From: Alloascoidea hylecoeti
Taxonomy: Eukaryota
Assembly: GCA_001600815.1 (NCBI GenBank)
Contig: BCKZ01000007.1
Location: 682,001-746,000 of the forward strand
DNA: 64,000 bases
Reading direction: 5' to 3'
Shown here: piece by piece, positions 26,641 to 38,804 of the stretch
Layout: each line of letters opens with the position of its first letter
Numbering within the stretch: the first letter of the stretch is position 1
Notes under the pieces: model-generated
Told to the model about the DNA's origin: nothing
Databases searched by the model: none
The model's input: only the letters and a program-made list of their open reading frames with translations
Position numbers and translations under genes: made by a program

Positions 26641-27689
26641 ATTTCAGATAATGATAATATCGATATTAGTTATACTATCCCGCAACTTGATTAAATTTAA
26701 GTTTCAGATTCCGGAAAACATAATAAAATTGCAAAATCCCTCCTTAGATTAATTGAATCATTTAATTTCATTGTCGGGATTGAGTTAGTTACTAGTTTAT
26801 GACATAGTGTTATTTGGTGTCATGATCAGTTTATGATTATAAATATAGATTTTATCCCCTTCCAACGGAAACCCCTTTGATCATCCCAATTAAGTTTAGA
26901 AACCTTGAGAACGAAGCTCACAGTGTATTTAGGCCATGCATTCTCAAACTTAAATAGATGACTATGAAAGTTTTGATCTACTAGAATCAAACGATTCCCA
27001 ATAACAAGTTTATGTAAGTATAAAAGGTAGAAAAAGGGAGAAAATTCGGATATTTTATAGTAGACTTTGAATTATCTGGTGTTCGCAAACATAATATCTT
27101 TTTTAGGGTAAACTAGATGGAATCGTTCGGTATTCGCTAATATTAATTTAATAACTTTTCACAAAGTTAAATTTACGTTGATATATAGTTGGAAAAGTCC
27201 CTAGCATTCGCGTTCTCGTATATCGTACCTCAAATATTCTGTTACGTATATGATCGTGATACAATTGCAATATTAGTTATTATAACTTATATCATAAAAG
27301 ATTGATCAACATCAATTTAGATATAGGTCGTAATATTATTCCACCGGGTGTAGTGGATGAAATGCATTTAATTAATATGTTTATAATTAGAAGTGTCTAT
27401 AATTAGTTTCTTATAATAGCTAGTTTAAAAATCTTAGCGATCGTAGTATGCAGTTGAAATTAATACTTAATTAGGAAATTATACATACATAAATATGCAT
27501 GAAACCGTGAAATACGCTGCAAATCATCCCGTATGATTATTGTGTTAGTGTTAGTATTATTTCGGATATTTTATTTTTAGCTTCTTTCTTTTCTTCTTCT
27601 TCTACATCATTGTCTAATTCAACTTGCTTTTTTTCACATTCACCTCTCTCTTCTCTTTTCACAATAACAGCATTAATTGAGAACCAGCC

Positions 27690-28010
27690 ATGATCGGAGT
27701 TTCAAATTCATCTTTAAGTTATTCATCTTTCCAACACGACAATTCAAATAATGATTTCAGCACGATAATGGTAAGATCCTATTCAAAGACTTCTTGCAGA
27801 TCCTCCATCTCTTCTGGGACATCCAGTGTTTTTGAGCAAATGGCCGACTTCAAACTGGCAGTGCCCATTGATAATCCCATACATAATGTTTCTTATAGAC
27901 GAAGGGGGTCGCGACTAATGGGGGCAAATGGAATGAATTTCTCCTACCAGAGCGCCAACTTTTTATATACACATAAAAATGTGTCGAGACTAAAGAATCA
28001 AAAGTGTTGA
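27690..28010 (+). CDS. Hypothetical small Ser-rich protein (106 aa) with an RRGS PKA-type site
   Basis: ATG-initiated ORF preceded by a pyrimidine-rich leader; no family recognised. Confidence 0.5.
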   Translation: MIGVSNSSLSYSSFQHDNSNNDFSTIMVRSYSKTSCRSSISSGTSSVFEQMADFKLAVPIDNPIHNVSYRRRGSRLMGANGMNFSYQSANFLYTHKNVSRLKNQKC

Positions 28011-28241
28011 CTTTTATCCGTTTTATATTAATATTGGTATATTATTCGGAGTAATGATGTCTAAATTTAATCATGACATGGTTGGTCTCAATTGTCTTAA
28101 TTATAATATTCTGTTGGCCATTTACAAAATCTGACATTCGAATTCTCATTTTCTTATTTTCTCACTTTCTCTTTTAATAATCTTTCTCAAAATTTATTTT
28201 TGCTTTTTCGTTCTGACTATCTTTCTACATATATCATTCCT

Positions 28242-29270
28242 ATGAGCTTCGCTGAAATTGCTGCCTCACAACCAGATATCCCCACTCCAACATTGGCTAC
28301 TACACAATCCCAATCTCCTATCCCTATCCCACCAAAACCCACAAACCTGAAATCGAAACCAAAATCAAGATCAAGATCAAGATCAAGGTCAAAATCAAAA
28401 TCAAAGTCAAAATTTCAGAAGGGTAACTTTATTTGGCGTCTGCAAAAGTCGGTCCCTGATACGGTTCAACAATTCGTCGACTCAGAACGTGCTCAACAAC
28501 CAAAACAACAGACAAAAACATTTGTTGAAGAACAAACATCCTCTTCTTCTCTTCCATCCTTACCAAATACAGCATATTATGCCGTACATGATGTTGCTGA
28601 CGTTATATCCTCATTTCATTTCACAGACGTGTTTACAAGTTTACAACAATGGCTTTTAACAAAAGGTCAAATATCTGCTGTAACTGTTTCAGAAGTTACA
28701 TCGGAAAACAGATCTCCTCCGACAAGAATAGCTATTTCGTTTGATTTAAATTCTCTTGATACAACAGATCGTCAAGAACTTGAAAAACAATTAACAATGA
28801 ATGAATTTGATATAACTGATTCAAATTCTAAAGTGGTATCAACTTTTCAGTTATTAGAAATTCCAAATAAAAAATCAATTACTAAATCTGTTAAAAAAAC
28901 TGTAACGACTTCAAGAGAAGTTCACCTTTATGAAATTGAAACACTATATCGTTGGTGGTTTCAAGATGGAGAGGAAGTCCTTGCGTTTTTTGAATCACAA
29001 ACACAAATCTTAAAAGTTTTTAATGATGAAGTAGAATATATGATGAGAAATTCGGATACATTCGGTAAATTTGGTAGTTATGTTACTGTTTATATTGTGT
29101 TAGAAACAACTGGTACTACTACAACCTATAGTGCTCCCGGCGATCAACCTAGGACCGAAACTACTGGAAACATTAAAGGCGAACTTCCCGATTTCCCTGG
29201 TATATTCACTCCCGAAATTAAAGCTAATTCAAATTCTCCTTCATATTTTAGGATTAATCGTGTAAGTTGA
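28242..29270 (+). CDS. Hypothetical 342-aa protein, possibly derived from a LINE ORF1
   Basis: Intact 1-kb ORF: MSFAEIAA start, Pro-rich then RS/KS basic tract, RRM-like C-terminal half. The family assignment is tentative. Confidence 0.75.
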   Translation: MSFAEIAASQPDIPTPTLATTQSQSPIPIPPKPTNLKSKPKSRSRSRSRSKSKSKSKFQKGNFIWRLQKSVPDTVQQFVDSERAQQPKQQTKTFVEEQTSSSSLPSLPNTAYYAVHDVADVISSFHFTDVFTSLQQWLLTKGQISAVTVSEVTSENRSPPTRIAISFDLNSLDTTDRQELEKQLTMNEFDITDSNSKVVSTFQLLEIPNKKSITKSVKKTVTTSREVHLYEIETLYRWWFQDGEEVLAFFESQTQILKVFNDEVEYMMRNSDTFGKFGSYVTVYIVLETTGTTTTYSAPGDQPRTETTGNIKGELPDFPGIFTPEIKANSNSPSYFRINRVS

Positions 29271-30754
29271 AGAAGCGGTTTCATAACCTCTGTTATTTTA
29301 TATATTGTGTGTGTTTTATGTTTTAGTCCTCCAGGTATATGTTTCTATATATCGCCATATTCTTGAAGTTTGTATATCTTTGATTTCGTGCACGTACGCG
29401 TATCTCTTTGGAACACGACTATATCTTTATAAGCTATTTAAATATCTCTAAATTTACATTAGTTAATCATATGGGTATGTGCAAAGTTAACATTAATCAA
29501 CTCAAGATCTTGAACATTTATTTCTGTTTATTTTGAACTATCTAATGCCTATACCAGTACTAGTCCTGAAATTATTGTTCTCAGTTGAACCAATCTGAAT
29601 ACAATTTTATTTAATTTTTTTTTGGAAACAGTCCTTATAATCATAGATGTAGTTAAACGTGGTAATATAGGATTGTAAGAGGGTCTTTTGATATGGTCTT
29701 CGAATTCTATGGAGAAAATTTAAAAGTGTGCATACAATTGTTTCTACACCGTACCTGTCCACGCATTTATGCCTTTTTTATAAATTAAATATGCCAACGG
29801 TTAATAATCATGAAAGAAGATTACAAGTAAATTGTTGACAATTAGAGTCAAAATTCTCATGATTTACCAAAATGGTAATATTTTATAATTATTTTATGTG
29901 GATTGTGTAAGTCCATGTATTGCCGACTCATCACATTTGATGTGCGTATTCATTTGTGTGATATCACGTGGGTTAGTATCAAAAAACTAATTGTTATGCA
30001 TATGCAGGAGACTTCAAATGGTAATCACTTACATGTCAATCTGCATCAATCTTCAATATAGTGCACGATAGTTCTTGTGGTATGGGAAGTAAAAAGTAGA
30101 ATTATTCAATAATAAAACCACCCAAACGAGCTGGCTTTTTCCACTATATATTCAATTATAATTATGATTATAGTAGGAAGAAAACTTGTGAATTTATGAT
30201 GACTAAACAGTTTTCATTTTTTTTCTTTCTGCAAGATTTCAAGTTGCATGCAGATCTACAAAGTTAATATATATTTCACCACAAGTGAAATTTTATAGGA
30301 GATACGGGGACTTAAGTTTAAATTTAATTATCCCCAAATCAGAATATAAATACATATAATTATTAATAATTATAGGCAGTTTCAATGATTTCTTAAATAG
30401 AAAAATTATAACTGTTACAATCTAATTATTATGTATAAGCTTATACGATTGGTCATAATCAAGATTTTCCCAAAATAGCTTATAAATAAAGTTAAGAGAT
30501 GGTTATAAACTCTACAAATAAGCAATATTAAGCATTTTTATGATTGTATATATAAACTTTATAATTACGCAAGAGTAGAGAATATGACCAAATCCTCCAT
30601 ATATTCAACTAATAGACAAACGAGATTGAAACCTCTGTAATTGTAAACCATTACATAAAACATATATATATGAGTAATTTTCTCCCAGTTTAACTCTCAT
30701 AATTCATTATAATACAATTTAAATTTTGAATACTGGTAGTGCTCAAATCTTCTA

Positions 30755-32335
30755 ATGGTTTTTCAAGAAAGTATTAGCAGTGGGAAGGATATTCAGAAGG
30801 ATGGAGTTTTACTAGAAGAGCAAAATATAGATCACTTAGATACTGAATCTGAAGCATTATCGGAGGGAGAGGTCTTAAGAAGACAAAAAGTAACTTACAA
30901 AATTCAAAAATTTTTGTGGGATTCTGTCGATAAATCTCCTGAAGAGAGACGATTCTTATTCAAACTAGATTTTTTTTTACTATCAAGTGCAATGCTTGGA
31001 TATTTTATCAAAAATCTTAATCAAAGTAACATAAATTCAGCTTACATAAATGGAATGAGAGAAGACCTGCACATGACAGGTAACCAATTGAATTATATGC
31101 AAACACTTTGGACAGTTGGTTATATTATTGGTCAAGTTCCTTCAAACCTAATTCTTCATAGAATTTCAGCTAGATACTATCTTGGTGGTTTAGAAATATT
31201 ATGGGCTACGCTTACTGTCTGCATGACTGCTTGTAATGATGTTCATCAAGTTTATGCCATTAGATTTTTAGTTGGTTTGACAGAAAGTGGATTTTTCCCA
31301 GGTATGGAATATCTTGTTGGTTCATGGTATTCTAAAGAGGAGCTTACGAAGAGGTCGTCTCTGTTTGCGGTTGCAGGAACTGCAGGTCAAATGGTTACAG
31401 GGTTTATTGTTACTGCTATTATCCATGGCATTGGTAAAACAAACACTTCATTGCCTTCTTGGAAGTGGTTATTTGTAGTAGATGCTATTATTTCGTATCC
31501 TGTTGCATTTTATACGATGGCAGTTGATCCAAATACTCCGAGCACATGCACTGCATGGTACTTTACAGATAGAGAGAAAGAAATTGCTATTGAAAGAAGA
31601 AAAAGGATCGGAGCTCAACTTAACACTCGTCAGCCATATACGTTCTCCAAGATCAAAAGTATTTTCAATACCTGGCATATTTGGGTTTTTCCACTTGTAT
31701 TTCTATGTTATAATAACTCTTGTAACTCATTTGGGCAACCAACTTTTCCTGGTTGGATGAAGTACTCGCTAAAAATGACCGTTGATCAGTATAATTTATA
31801 TCCAACATCAGCTCTTGGTGCTAGTATTGGTGTCGCAATCGCTGCAGCCTATATAGCTGATTACTTCAAAGGATTGAACTGGCCCTTTGTGATATTATTT
31901 TTTAGTAGTCAAATTTTTGGTTGTGCTTGTCTGGCTCATTGGCATATCCCGAGAGCATTACATTGGTTTTCCTATTACATTCTATATATGACAGGAACAT
32001 TAGGGCAACCAATGATATATTCTTGGATCAACAGGCTACTATTCTATGATGATCAGAAAAGAAACCTTACCGTTGTTGTTACTAATACTTTAGCATATGT
32101 GACACAAGCATGGGTTCCTATTCTTACATGGAACGCAAAGGATATTCCAATATATCATAAAGGATTTACATATACAGCTTGCTTATCCTCGTTCGGGTTG
32201 GTATTTACATTAATTGCTTTATATTTGACAAAGAGAGACGAAAAAATCAAAAAGCATGCAACAATCGATCAACACATTGGGAATGAGAAGAATAGTACTA
32301 AGGAAGATTCAAATCATTTGTCATTGGAATCTTAA
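30755..32335 (+). CDS. MFS permease, Fen2/Liz1-like (DAL5/ACS family), paralog 1
   Basis: ERRFLFKLD..AYINGMREDL..GYIIGQVPSNL..RFLVGLTESGFFPG..GSWY..EL.KRS..WKWLF; about 12 TM segments. Confidence 0.95.
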   Translation: MVFQESISSGKDIQKDGVLLEEQNIDHLDTESEALSEGEVLRRQKVTYKIQKFLWDSVDKSPEERRFLFKLDFFLLSSAMLGYFIKNLNQSNINSAYINGMREDLHMTGNQLNYMQTLWTVGYIIGQVPSNLILHRISARYYLGGLEILWATLTVCMTACNDVHQVYAIRFLVGLTESGFFPGMEYLVGSWYSKEELTKRSSLFAVAGTAGQMVTGFIVTAIIHGIGKTNTSLPSWKWLFVVDAIISYPVAFYTMAVDPNTPSTCTAWYFTDREKEIAIERRKRIGAQLNTRQPYTFSKIKSIFNTWHIWVFPLVFLCYNNSCNSFGQPTFPGWMKYSLKMTVDQYNLYPTSALGASIGVAIAAAYIADYFKGLNWPFVILFFSSQIFGCACLAHWHIPRALHWFSYYILYMTGTLGQPMIYSWINRLLFYDDQKRNLTVVVTNTLAYVTQAWVPILTWNAKDIPIYHKGFTYTACLSSFGLVFTLIALYLTKRDEKIKKHATIDQHIGNEKNSTKEDSNHLSLES

Positions 32336-33221
32336 TATATTTATTTTTTGTTATATATTTATATATATCATATCACACTTAAATACAAGTTTACTTTAAT
32401 CATATTGTAAATTCAAGCTTAAACCCTCATGATCAATTAAATTTAGTTGAACACAGCCGGGAAATCTGAATCAAATTTTTATACCATCATAGTTATAGAC
32501 TATTGTGCTTCAAATCTTAATAACGAAAATATTTCAATTGGAAATTGATTCTGTTAATATGTTTGTAAACTTTATAGTACTCAAGGTTAATTTCGGCAAT
32601 TTATTCAAAAACTAACATAGAGAATTATATATGCAATCACATATATACATGATCACTAGACTATATATGATCATTGATCATATATTCAGGTTACATGACT
32701 GCTATCGCATCTGAGTAAATATTCTTCTTCTTAAACAATTTCATAAAGGTCATTTTTACGCAAATACTCATATATTTTATTACCAATCTAGAATCTAAAC
32801 GTTATATACTTAATAGTGACAAGTTCAACCATGGGTGAATTTAAGCATTATTATCACTCAAAACAGGAAGAAAGAATCTGAACATCAGAGGAAGCTATTA
32901 ATGAATTCAAGGAGTTGATGTATGTATTTAAAGCGAGCTGTGGACGAACCGAACCGATCTTAATTATTTCTTCAACTTAACTTTACTAATTCAAATATCG
33001 ATATTGAACCCATCACAACAAAATTTTTTTCTTATAATCAATGTCTATAATGATTATGTAATTGGATTCCGTGTCTACTTCAATGATTGCAATTGATTAT
33101 TACTATTTATTGTCATCAACTCTGCTAATACTACTGTCAAGAAAGAATATAATATTTATATGTAAGAACGAATATATAAATAAGATAATTATATAAACAA
33201 ACATATAGATGTACAATACTA

Positions 33222-34877
33222 CTATACCTCTTCAACACCCTTTTCATTAGTAGTGATTGTACTACTGGAATTAAGTTGTGGTTGTTGAGCTTTAAGAGTC
33301 TCATACTTTAATGTTAGTTTTTTATCGTCCCGTAAGGTTAGATAAGTAGCAATTACCGTCATTATTAACCCAAGAGAAGATATACAGGCTGTGAATGTAA
33401 AACCGACATGATACCTTGGCAAATCAGTAGCATTCCAAGTGAAAATTGGAACCCAAGAATTAGTAACATAAGGCATAACATTTGTAACAGCCACTATTAG
33501 ATTTCTTTTCTGGTCATCATAAAATAATAAACTGTTAACCCAACAGAAAATCATCGGCTGACCCATTGCAGTCGGTGTCGTAACGGCATAATAAGCAAGC
33601 CAATGCAGTCCAGTTGGAATATTCCATATGGCAAGACAAACACAACCAAATATAGACATTGTGAAATAAATATACACGAACACGTATGTCTTACCTTTCA
33701 TATAATCTGCAGAGAATGCAGTTATTAATGCTAGAGCAATGGCAGCACCACTAGCTGAAGTTGGATATAAGTTGAACTGATCTTTAGACATTTTCATTAT
33801 ATATTTCAGCCAACCTGAAAAGGTAGGTTGATCTGAAGCTTGACATGAATTATTATAGCATAAAAATAATATAGGAAATACCCAAATATGCCATGTACTA
33901 AAAGTTGATTTGATTTTAGCCCAAGTATATGGTTGGCGCGTATTTAGTTGGGCTCCTATTCTCCTTCTTCTTTCAATTGCAATCTTTTTTTCATCCTTTG
34001 AAAAGTACCAAGAGGTACAGGTACTTGGTGTATTTGGATCTACACACATTGTGTATATTGCAACAGGATAAGATATTACAGCATCGAATACAAATAGCCA
34101 TTTCCACGGAGGATATTTAGTATTTGTTTTCCCAATGCCATTTATAATAGCAGTTACTAAAAACCCTGTTACCATTTTCCCTGCAGTTCCTGCAACTGAA
34201 AACAGAGAAGATCTCTTTGTAAGCTCCTCTTTAGAATACCATGAACCAATAAGATATTCCATACCAGGAAAAAATCCACTCTCTGTTAGACCAACAAGGA
34301 ATCTAATTGCATATAAGTGTTCGACCTTGGTAGCAGCTATTGAGCAAATTGTCAGAGTTCCCCACAATAACTCCAACCCTCCAAGGTAAAACCGAGCTGA
34401 GATACAGTGAAGAATTAGGTTCGAAGGAATTTGACCAACAATATAACCGACAGTCCATAATGTTTGCATATAATTTAGTTGGCTACCAGTCATTGCTAAA
34501 TCTTCTTTCATACCATTGATATAAGCGGCATTAATATTAGTCTGATCCAAATATTTCACAAAATATCCTAGCATCGAACTTGACATCAAGAAAAAATCGA
34601 GCTTTAATAGAAACTTCCTCTCTTCTTCTGATTTGTCAACAGAGTCCCATAAGAATTTTTGAACTTTATAGCTCCATTTATTTCTTCTAACTTTCTCTTC
34701 CTCGCTCAAAACCGGTTCGCTTTCGGATGTGCATTCTAAATCAGATAAAATAGAAGTATCACTATAGTTTTTAGAGTTTATATGTCTTGAATCTTCATTA
34801 ATATTGTGGTTGGAGCAGACAGAATTCTTGTCACTATTATTATAATTAAGACGTTGGTCGATATCTACCTCTACCAT
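33222..34877 (-). CDS. MFS permease, Fen2/Liz1-like, paralog 2
   Basis: Same motif set as paralog 1; 551-aa intact ORF. Confidence 0.95.
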   Translation of the reverse strand: MVEVDIDQRLNYNNSDKNSVCSNHNINEDSRHINSKNYSDTSILSDLECTSESEPVLSEEEKVRRNKWSYKVQKFLWDSVDKSEEERKFLLKLDFFLMSSSMLGYFVKYLDQTNINAAYINGMKEDLAMTGSQLNYMQTLWTVGYIVGQIPSNLILHCISARFYLGGLELLWGTLTICSIAATKVEHLYAIRFLVGLTESGFFPGMEYLIGSWYSKEELTKRSSLFSVAGTAGKMVTGFLVTAIINGIGKTNTKYPPWKWLFVFDAVISYPVAIYTMCVDPNTPSTCTSWYFSKDEKKIAIERRRRIGAQLNTRQPYTWAKIKSTFSTWHIWVFPILFLCYNNSCQASDQPTFSGWLKYIMKMSKDQFNLYPTSASGAAIALALITAFSADYMKGKTYVFVYIYFTMSIFGCVCLAIWNIPTGLHWLAYYAVTTPTAMGQPMIFCWVNSLLFYDDQKRNLIVAVTNVMPYVTNSWVPIFTWNATDLPRYHVGFTFTACISSLGLIMTVIATYLTLRDDKKLTLKYETLKAQQPQLNSSSTITTNEKGVEEV

Positions 34878-36699
34878 GTTATCTATTGATATTACACAAT
34901 CTTATCAAAGAAAAATAGGAATATTCAAAAGTATTTATGTATCTAAATATCGTTCATTTGATCAGGATTTCATCTAAGCAATCATCTTTATTATATATTT
35001 GATTTCATATAATCTGTGCTAAATTTTCAATAGCCAACGTATAGATGCATGCAGCTCTCATTTTAACCAGAGTGGGACACTTTGGCGGATTCTCTATTCC
35101 CCTTATCGAGCAGATTTCACAGATTATGATGGTACTTGTTAGATATATTTTGTATTGATCAATTCCATTTAACAGTAGCTCAAACATTTTGGATTGTAAA
35201 TAAAACCATATAATGTCCTTATACCGGTAGGTTTATACAGTATATATACATCTATGCTTGCCATGACGAAGAATGGATCACATTTATAATTAAGTTATCC
35301 TTTTTGTGTGAATGTACTAGTTTTCCATAATGCGTTCCCGATTAGCAGTAAAATGCTATAGCAGAAGTCTGTTTGGCTTATCTCAATTATCACGAAAACT
35401 CCAAATTGAAGCTTTGACGTTTTGTAATAAAAGCTAAAATCTCAAAGGATCAAGATGAAGACTTATAATTAAACTCAATACTATCTATAGATAAGGCATA
35501 CACATTTTAGCATATAAGCTTATCGGAATAACGATGAAGGTTGCCAATTGCGACATAACAAGTGGGATTGCGCCATAGTTCAAAATGTTTATTTCCACAA
35601 CCAAACATATAATATTATCTGCCATATATTAGGCTTTATATCTTTATACTGTATTTAGAATACGAAGCGAATTATAATTATTTTTACATTTAACGGCTAT
35701 ACTCTAAGATTTTTCCCAACATTGGGATTTATTCCTTCTCAAAAATTTCTCATGTTCCACTAGGTGGTTCGAAGCTACACAGTAAAAGTAATTTTCACTT
35801 GATTTCACGTTTTATTTTCCTTTTCTTTACGGGGTGTTTTTGTTTTTATCAAGTTTCTGTCGACTGCATAATGTATTGAACCGATTAATCTGGGCACCTC
35901 TATTTGATGGATTTCAGATATATAAGTAAGATAAAGGAATTATAAAAGAATTAAAACCCCTGCAAATCTACAAATATCAATATAACGATTGATTTTGAGA
36001 AAGTTTTAAACTTTTTTGGTATCAGAATGAAAATTGTTCAACACTTTTGATGATGAAGATGGATAACAAAAACTTATAGAAGGAGAGAATATGAGTATCA
36101 GTTTTGTAGAGAATTTGTTAATGATATTAGTAGGATTTAATGAGAATTAGTTTTTGATATTGGCGGAATTGGTTGAGATTTGGTTGAGATTTGGTTAGTG
36201 ATATTAAATATTGATGGAATTAATTGACAATTGGTTAATGGTAATGTGATTATTGTACTTGCGCTTTCCACTTTAATTTATGATATGGCATGATGATTCA
36301 GTGGTTGTTTTTAAAAAATGGAACTTTTGAATGGTGATTTAGGAACTTTTTCGCATTTTAGGGGGTGGTCCAGAACTTAGAGATGTTCTCAATTTCCACG
36401 CACTACGCTACGATAGCTATTTCAAGAAAACATCTACACCACTCTTTAACCATAGAGACACAATATAATATTAGTGTGACAGCTTCCAACTAATTGTGGC
36501 ATAATGAAAATTTGCGTTTTACGATGGCCCTGTTAAGCTCAGTGGGCTAAATTTTAGCCACAACAAAAACTACAAAAAAAAAATATTAAACAAATATTAC
36601 CAGAATTATGAAAGTAAGTATAGTTTAGTGATAGTATTTATAATTGCTACTTATACATATGTATATATATTTGTTGCTGGTTTTCTAATTCGTGGATGC

Positions 36700-37330
36700 A
36701 ACACAGCAATATTGTGGCATCTGAGAATTACGTATAGAGTGCCATACATGGCCATGTGTTGAGCTTTTTTACACACAACACTTCAAATACCACACTAAGA
36801 ACCTTTCTGAAATGGATATGGAACATTTTTGGCTTGAAAAAGGCCTCTTCTGGATGAAAAGAAACAAAGAAACAGAATGATATGGTCAAACCAAGCCAGT
36901 GAACTTCAAATTATTTATAATGTAAGAAAGTCTGGATCCGTGGGTTACATAGTATGGGCTGGAATTTGGAAAGGTTGTCGTACTTCACTTTATAGATCTA
37001 GAGTGGTTAAGAATCCTAATATGCCTCGTAGAGTGTTTATGATAAGTGCGCTAACATTAAATACTAATATCATTTTATATAGACTAATAGGGTCTGCAAA
37101 ATTAACAGAATGTCAGGAACTATTTTATTTAGGCCTTGTAAAGTATTCATTAGTTGGTTATAATATTGCCATTTTTATTTGGAGTGGTGATCCGAGAAAA
37201 GGCGTAACTTTAGGCTGCTGTAGGTTACATTCCCTGTGTGATAGTGATACAGGTAGCTATCATTTTGTTTGCCTTTGGTCATATATGATCCCATTATTTG
37301 GTACTCTTGTCACTTTCATGAATATCTTTA
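36700..37330 (+). mobile_element. Tc1/mariner transposase relic, copy 2
   Basis: NGYGTFLA*KRPLLDE...SVGYIVWAGIWKGCRTSL. Shares GGTTATAATATTG.CATT.TTATTTGGAGTGGTGA with copy 1. Confidence 0.7.
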
Positions 37331-37621
37331 ATTAAAGATCTTAATTACAATAATACAAATAACATATAAAAATTTTATTCCGGTATAATATAAATTAAAA
37401 GTTTATATAATAACTATACAAACAAACAAATGATATTGAACAGGTATTAAATTTCTGTTACAGGAACAATATTCTATAGATCAATCATGAATCACAAATA
37501 AACAGAAAAAGATCTAGATTTCTGGTCTTTATAATATATAAACAATTAAGAAAATTTGAAATTGAAATTACCACATTAATTACAATTAGAATTCCTTTGG
37601 AATGATAACTTAAGGAATAAA

Positions 37622-38554
37622 TTAGTGACCACCACCTCCGATTTCGATTGTTGGTGGACAACCTAAGGTCTTCTTCAAAGAACCGTAAATTGTGAATTGT
37701 AAGGAAGTCAAGGTACCAACCATGAAAAGACGAGTAGGCAAACCAGCGAATGAACCAACAACACCTAATTGCTTGGCTAATTGAACTAATAATCCGACGG
37801 TAGATTGACCTGGAGCTTTCTTTGTCTTGTTGACCTTGGACAATAAAGTATCAGCTGGTTGAGAAACAATAGCAGCGGCACAACCAGCGATAACACCAGA
37901 TAATAAGTTAACAGCCATAACAGAACCATCAGTCAATTGACTTCTTGGTGTTGGGAGAACATCATAGATAACAGCAGAAGCACGTTCATAAGTTAAGAAT
38001 TTGGCGATATTGTAAGGAATTTGTTTGAATAAGATTGGAGTGAAACCATTATAGAAAGAACCGACACCTTCTTCCTTGATGATTCTGGAAAAACCACCAA
38101 CCAAACCGTTAGCGAAAGAAGGTTGAGAGACAAGACGAATACGGGTAGCTTCTAAAGGACACAAGGCAATATCGGCAAAGAATTCAGCAATAGCAGATGA
38201 ACCAATGTAGACAGCATCTTTGTACTTGGTAGCAGTTTCAATTCCCAACTGGTCAATGAAAACCTTCTTGAAGAGTTCGTAACCACCGAATTTAAAAGCA
38301 CCTTGGAGCGAGTAACCCAAGATGGTAGGACCGAGACCAGTGAAAAGAGTAGCACCACCTTCAGAAGAAATAATCTTCTTGGCTGAGTTGATCATACCTT
38401 TATTGTAGACGACTGGGTCCAATTGAATTCTGGTCTTAATGACATCGATAGGAGTCATGGAACCGTGGGTGACACCACAGCCGACGGCACCGGCAAGGGC
38501 GAATTTAGCATAGTCAGTAACGGTGAAGACTGGAAGTGGCTTATGTTCGGACAT
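37622..38554 (-). CDS. MIR1: Mitochondrial phosphate carrier (310 aa from MSEHKP)
   Basis: [18 protein letters not shown] and PADTLLSK carrier repeats; [15 protein letters not shown]-terminal EIGGGGH; strong codon bias. CCAATCA (Hap-type) lies ~105 bp upstream. Confidence 0.97.
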   Translation of the reverse strand: MSEHKPLPVFTVTDYAKFALAGAVGCGVTHGSMTPIDVIKTRIQLDPVVYNKGMINSAKKIISSEGGATLFTGLGPTILGYSLQGAFKFGGYELFKKVFIDQLGIETATKYKDAVYIGSSAIAEFFADIALCPLEATRIRLVSQPSFANGLVGGFSRIIKEEGVGSFYNGFTPILFKQIPYNIAKFLTYERASAVIYDVLPTPRSQLTDGSVMAVNLLSGVIAGCAAAIVSQPADTLLSKVNKTKKAPGQSTVGLLVQLAKQLGVVGSFAGLPTRLFMVGTLTSLQFTIYGSLKKTLGCPPTIEIGGGGH

Positions 38555-38804
38555 TATTAAGATGGACTCGAGGGTACTAAAGAAGGAAAAAAGTGAAATT
38601 TCCGTCCAGTTGGCAGTTAAATATGCTATTTTTTCAGGTTTTCGGTTCCGGCGCGTCTGATTGGCTGAAAGTCTCTGTCCGCTCCGATTAAACGGGAAAA
38701 GTGAAACCGCAAGACTACACTGTACCTGTCGGGTCACTTTGCCTACACACGTTTTTTTACAATTGCATTACTCTTTATTTATCTAAAGTTTTCTGATATT
38801 AATA

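Noticed and set aside
31050..31370. Alternative CUG code (Ser or Ala)
   Set aside because: CTG sits at Leu positions conserved among the MFS paralogs (GMREDL, RSSLF), supporting standard CUG=Leu.
38555..38737. 61-aa N-terminal extension of MIR1 (likewise the extensions of VTS1, NPC2 and the 28.2-kb ORF in the ORF track)
   Set aside because: These start at non-ATG codons in promoter or UTR sequence; the downstream ATG fits the family or start context.
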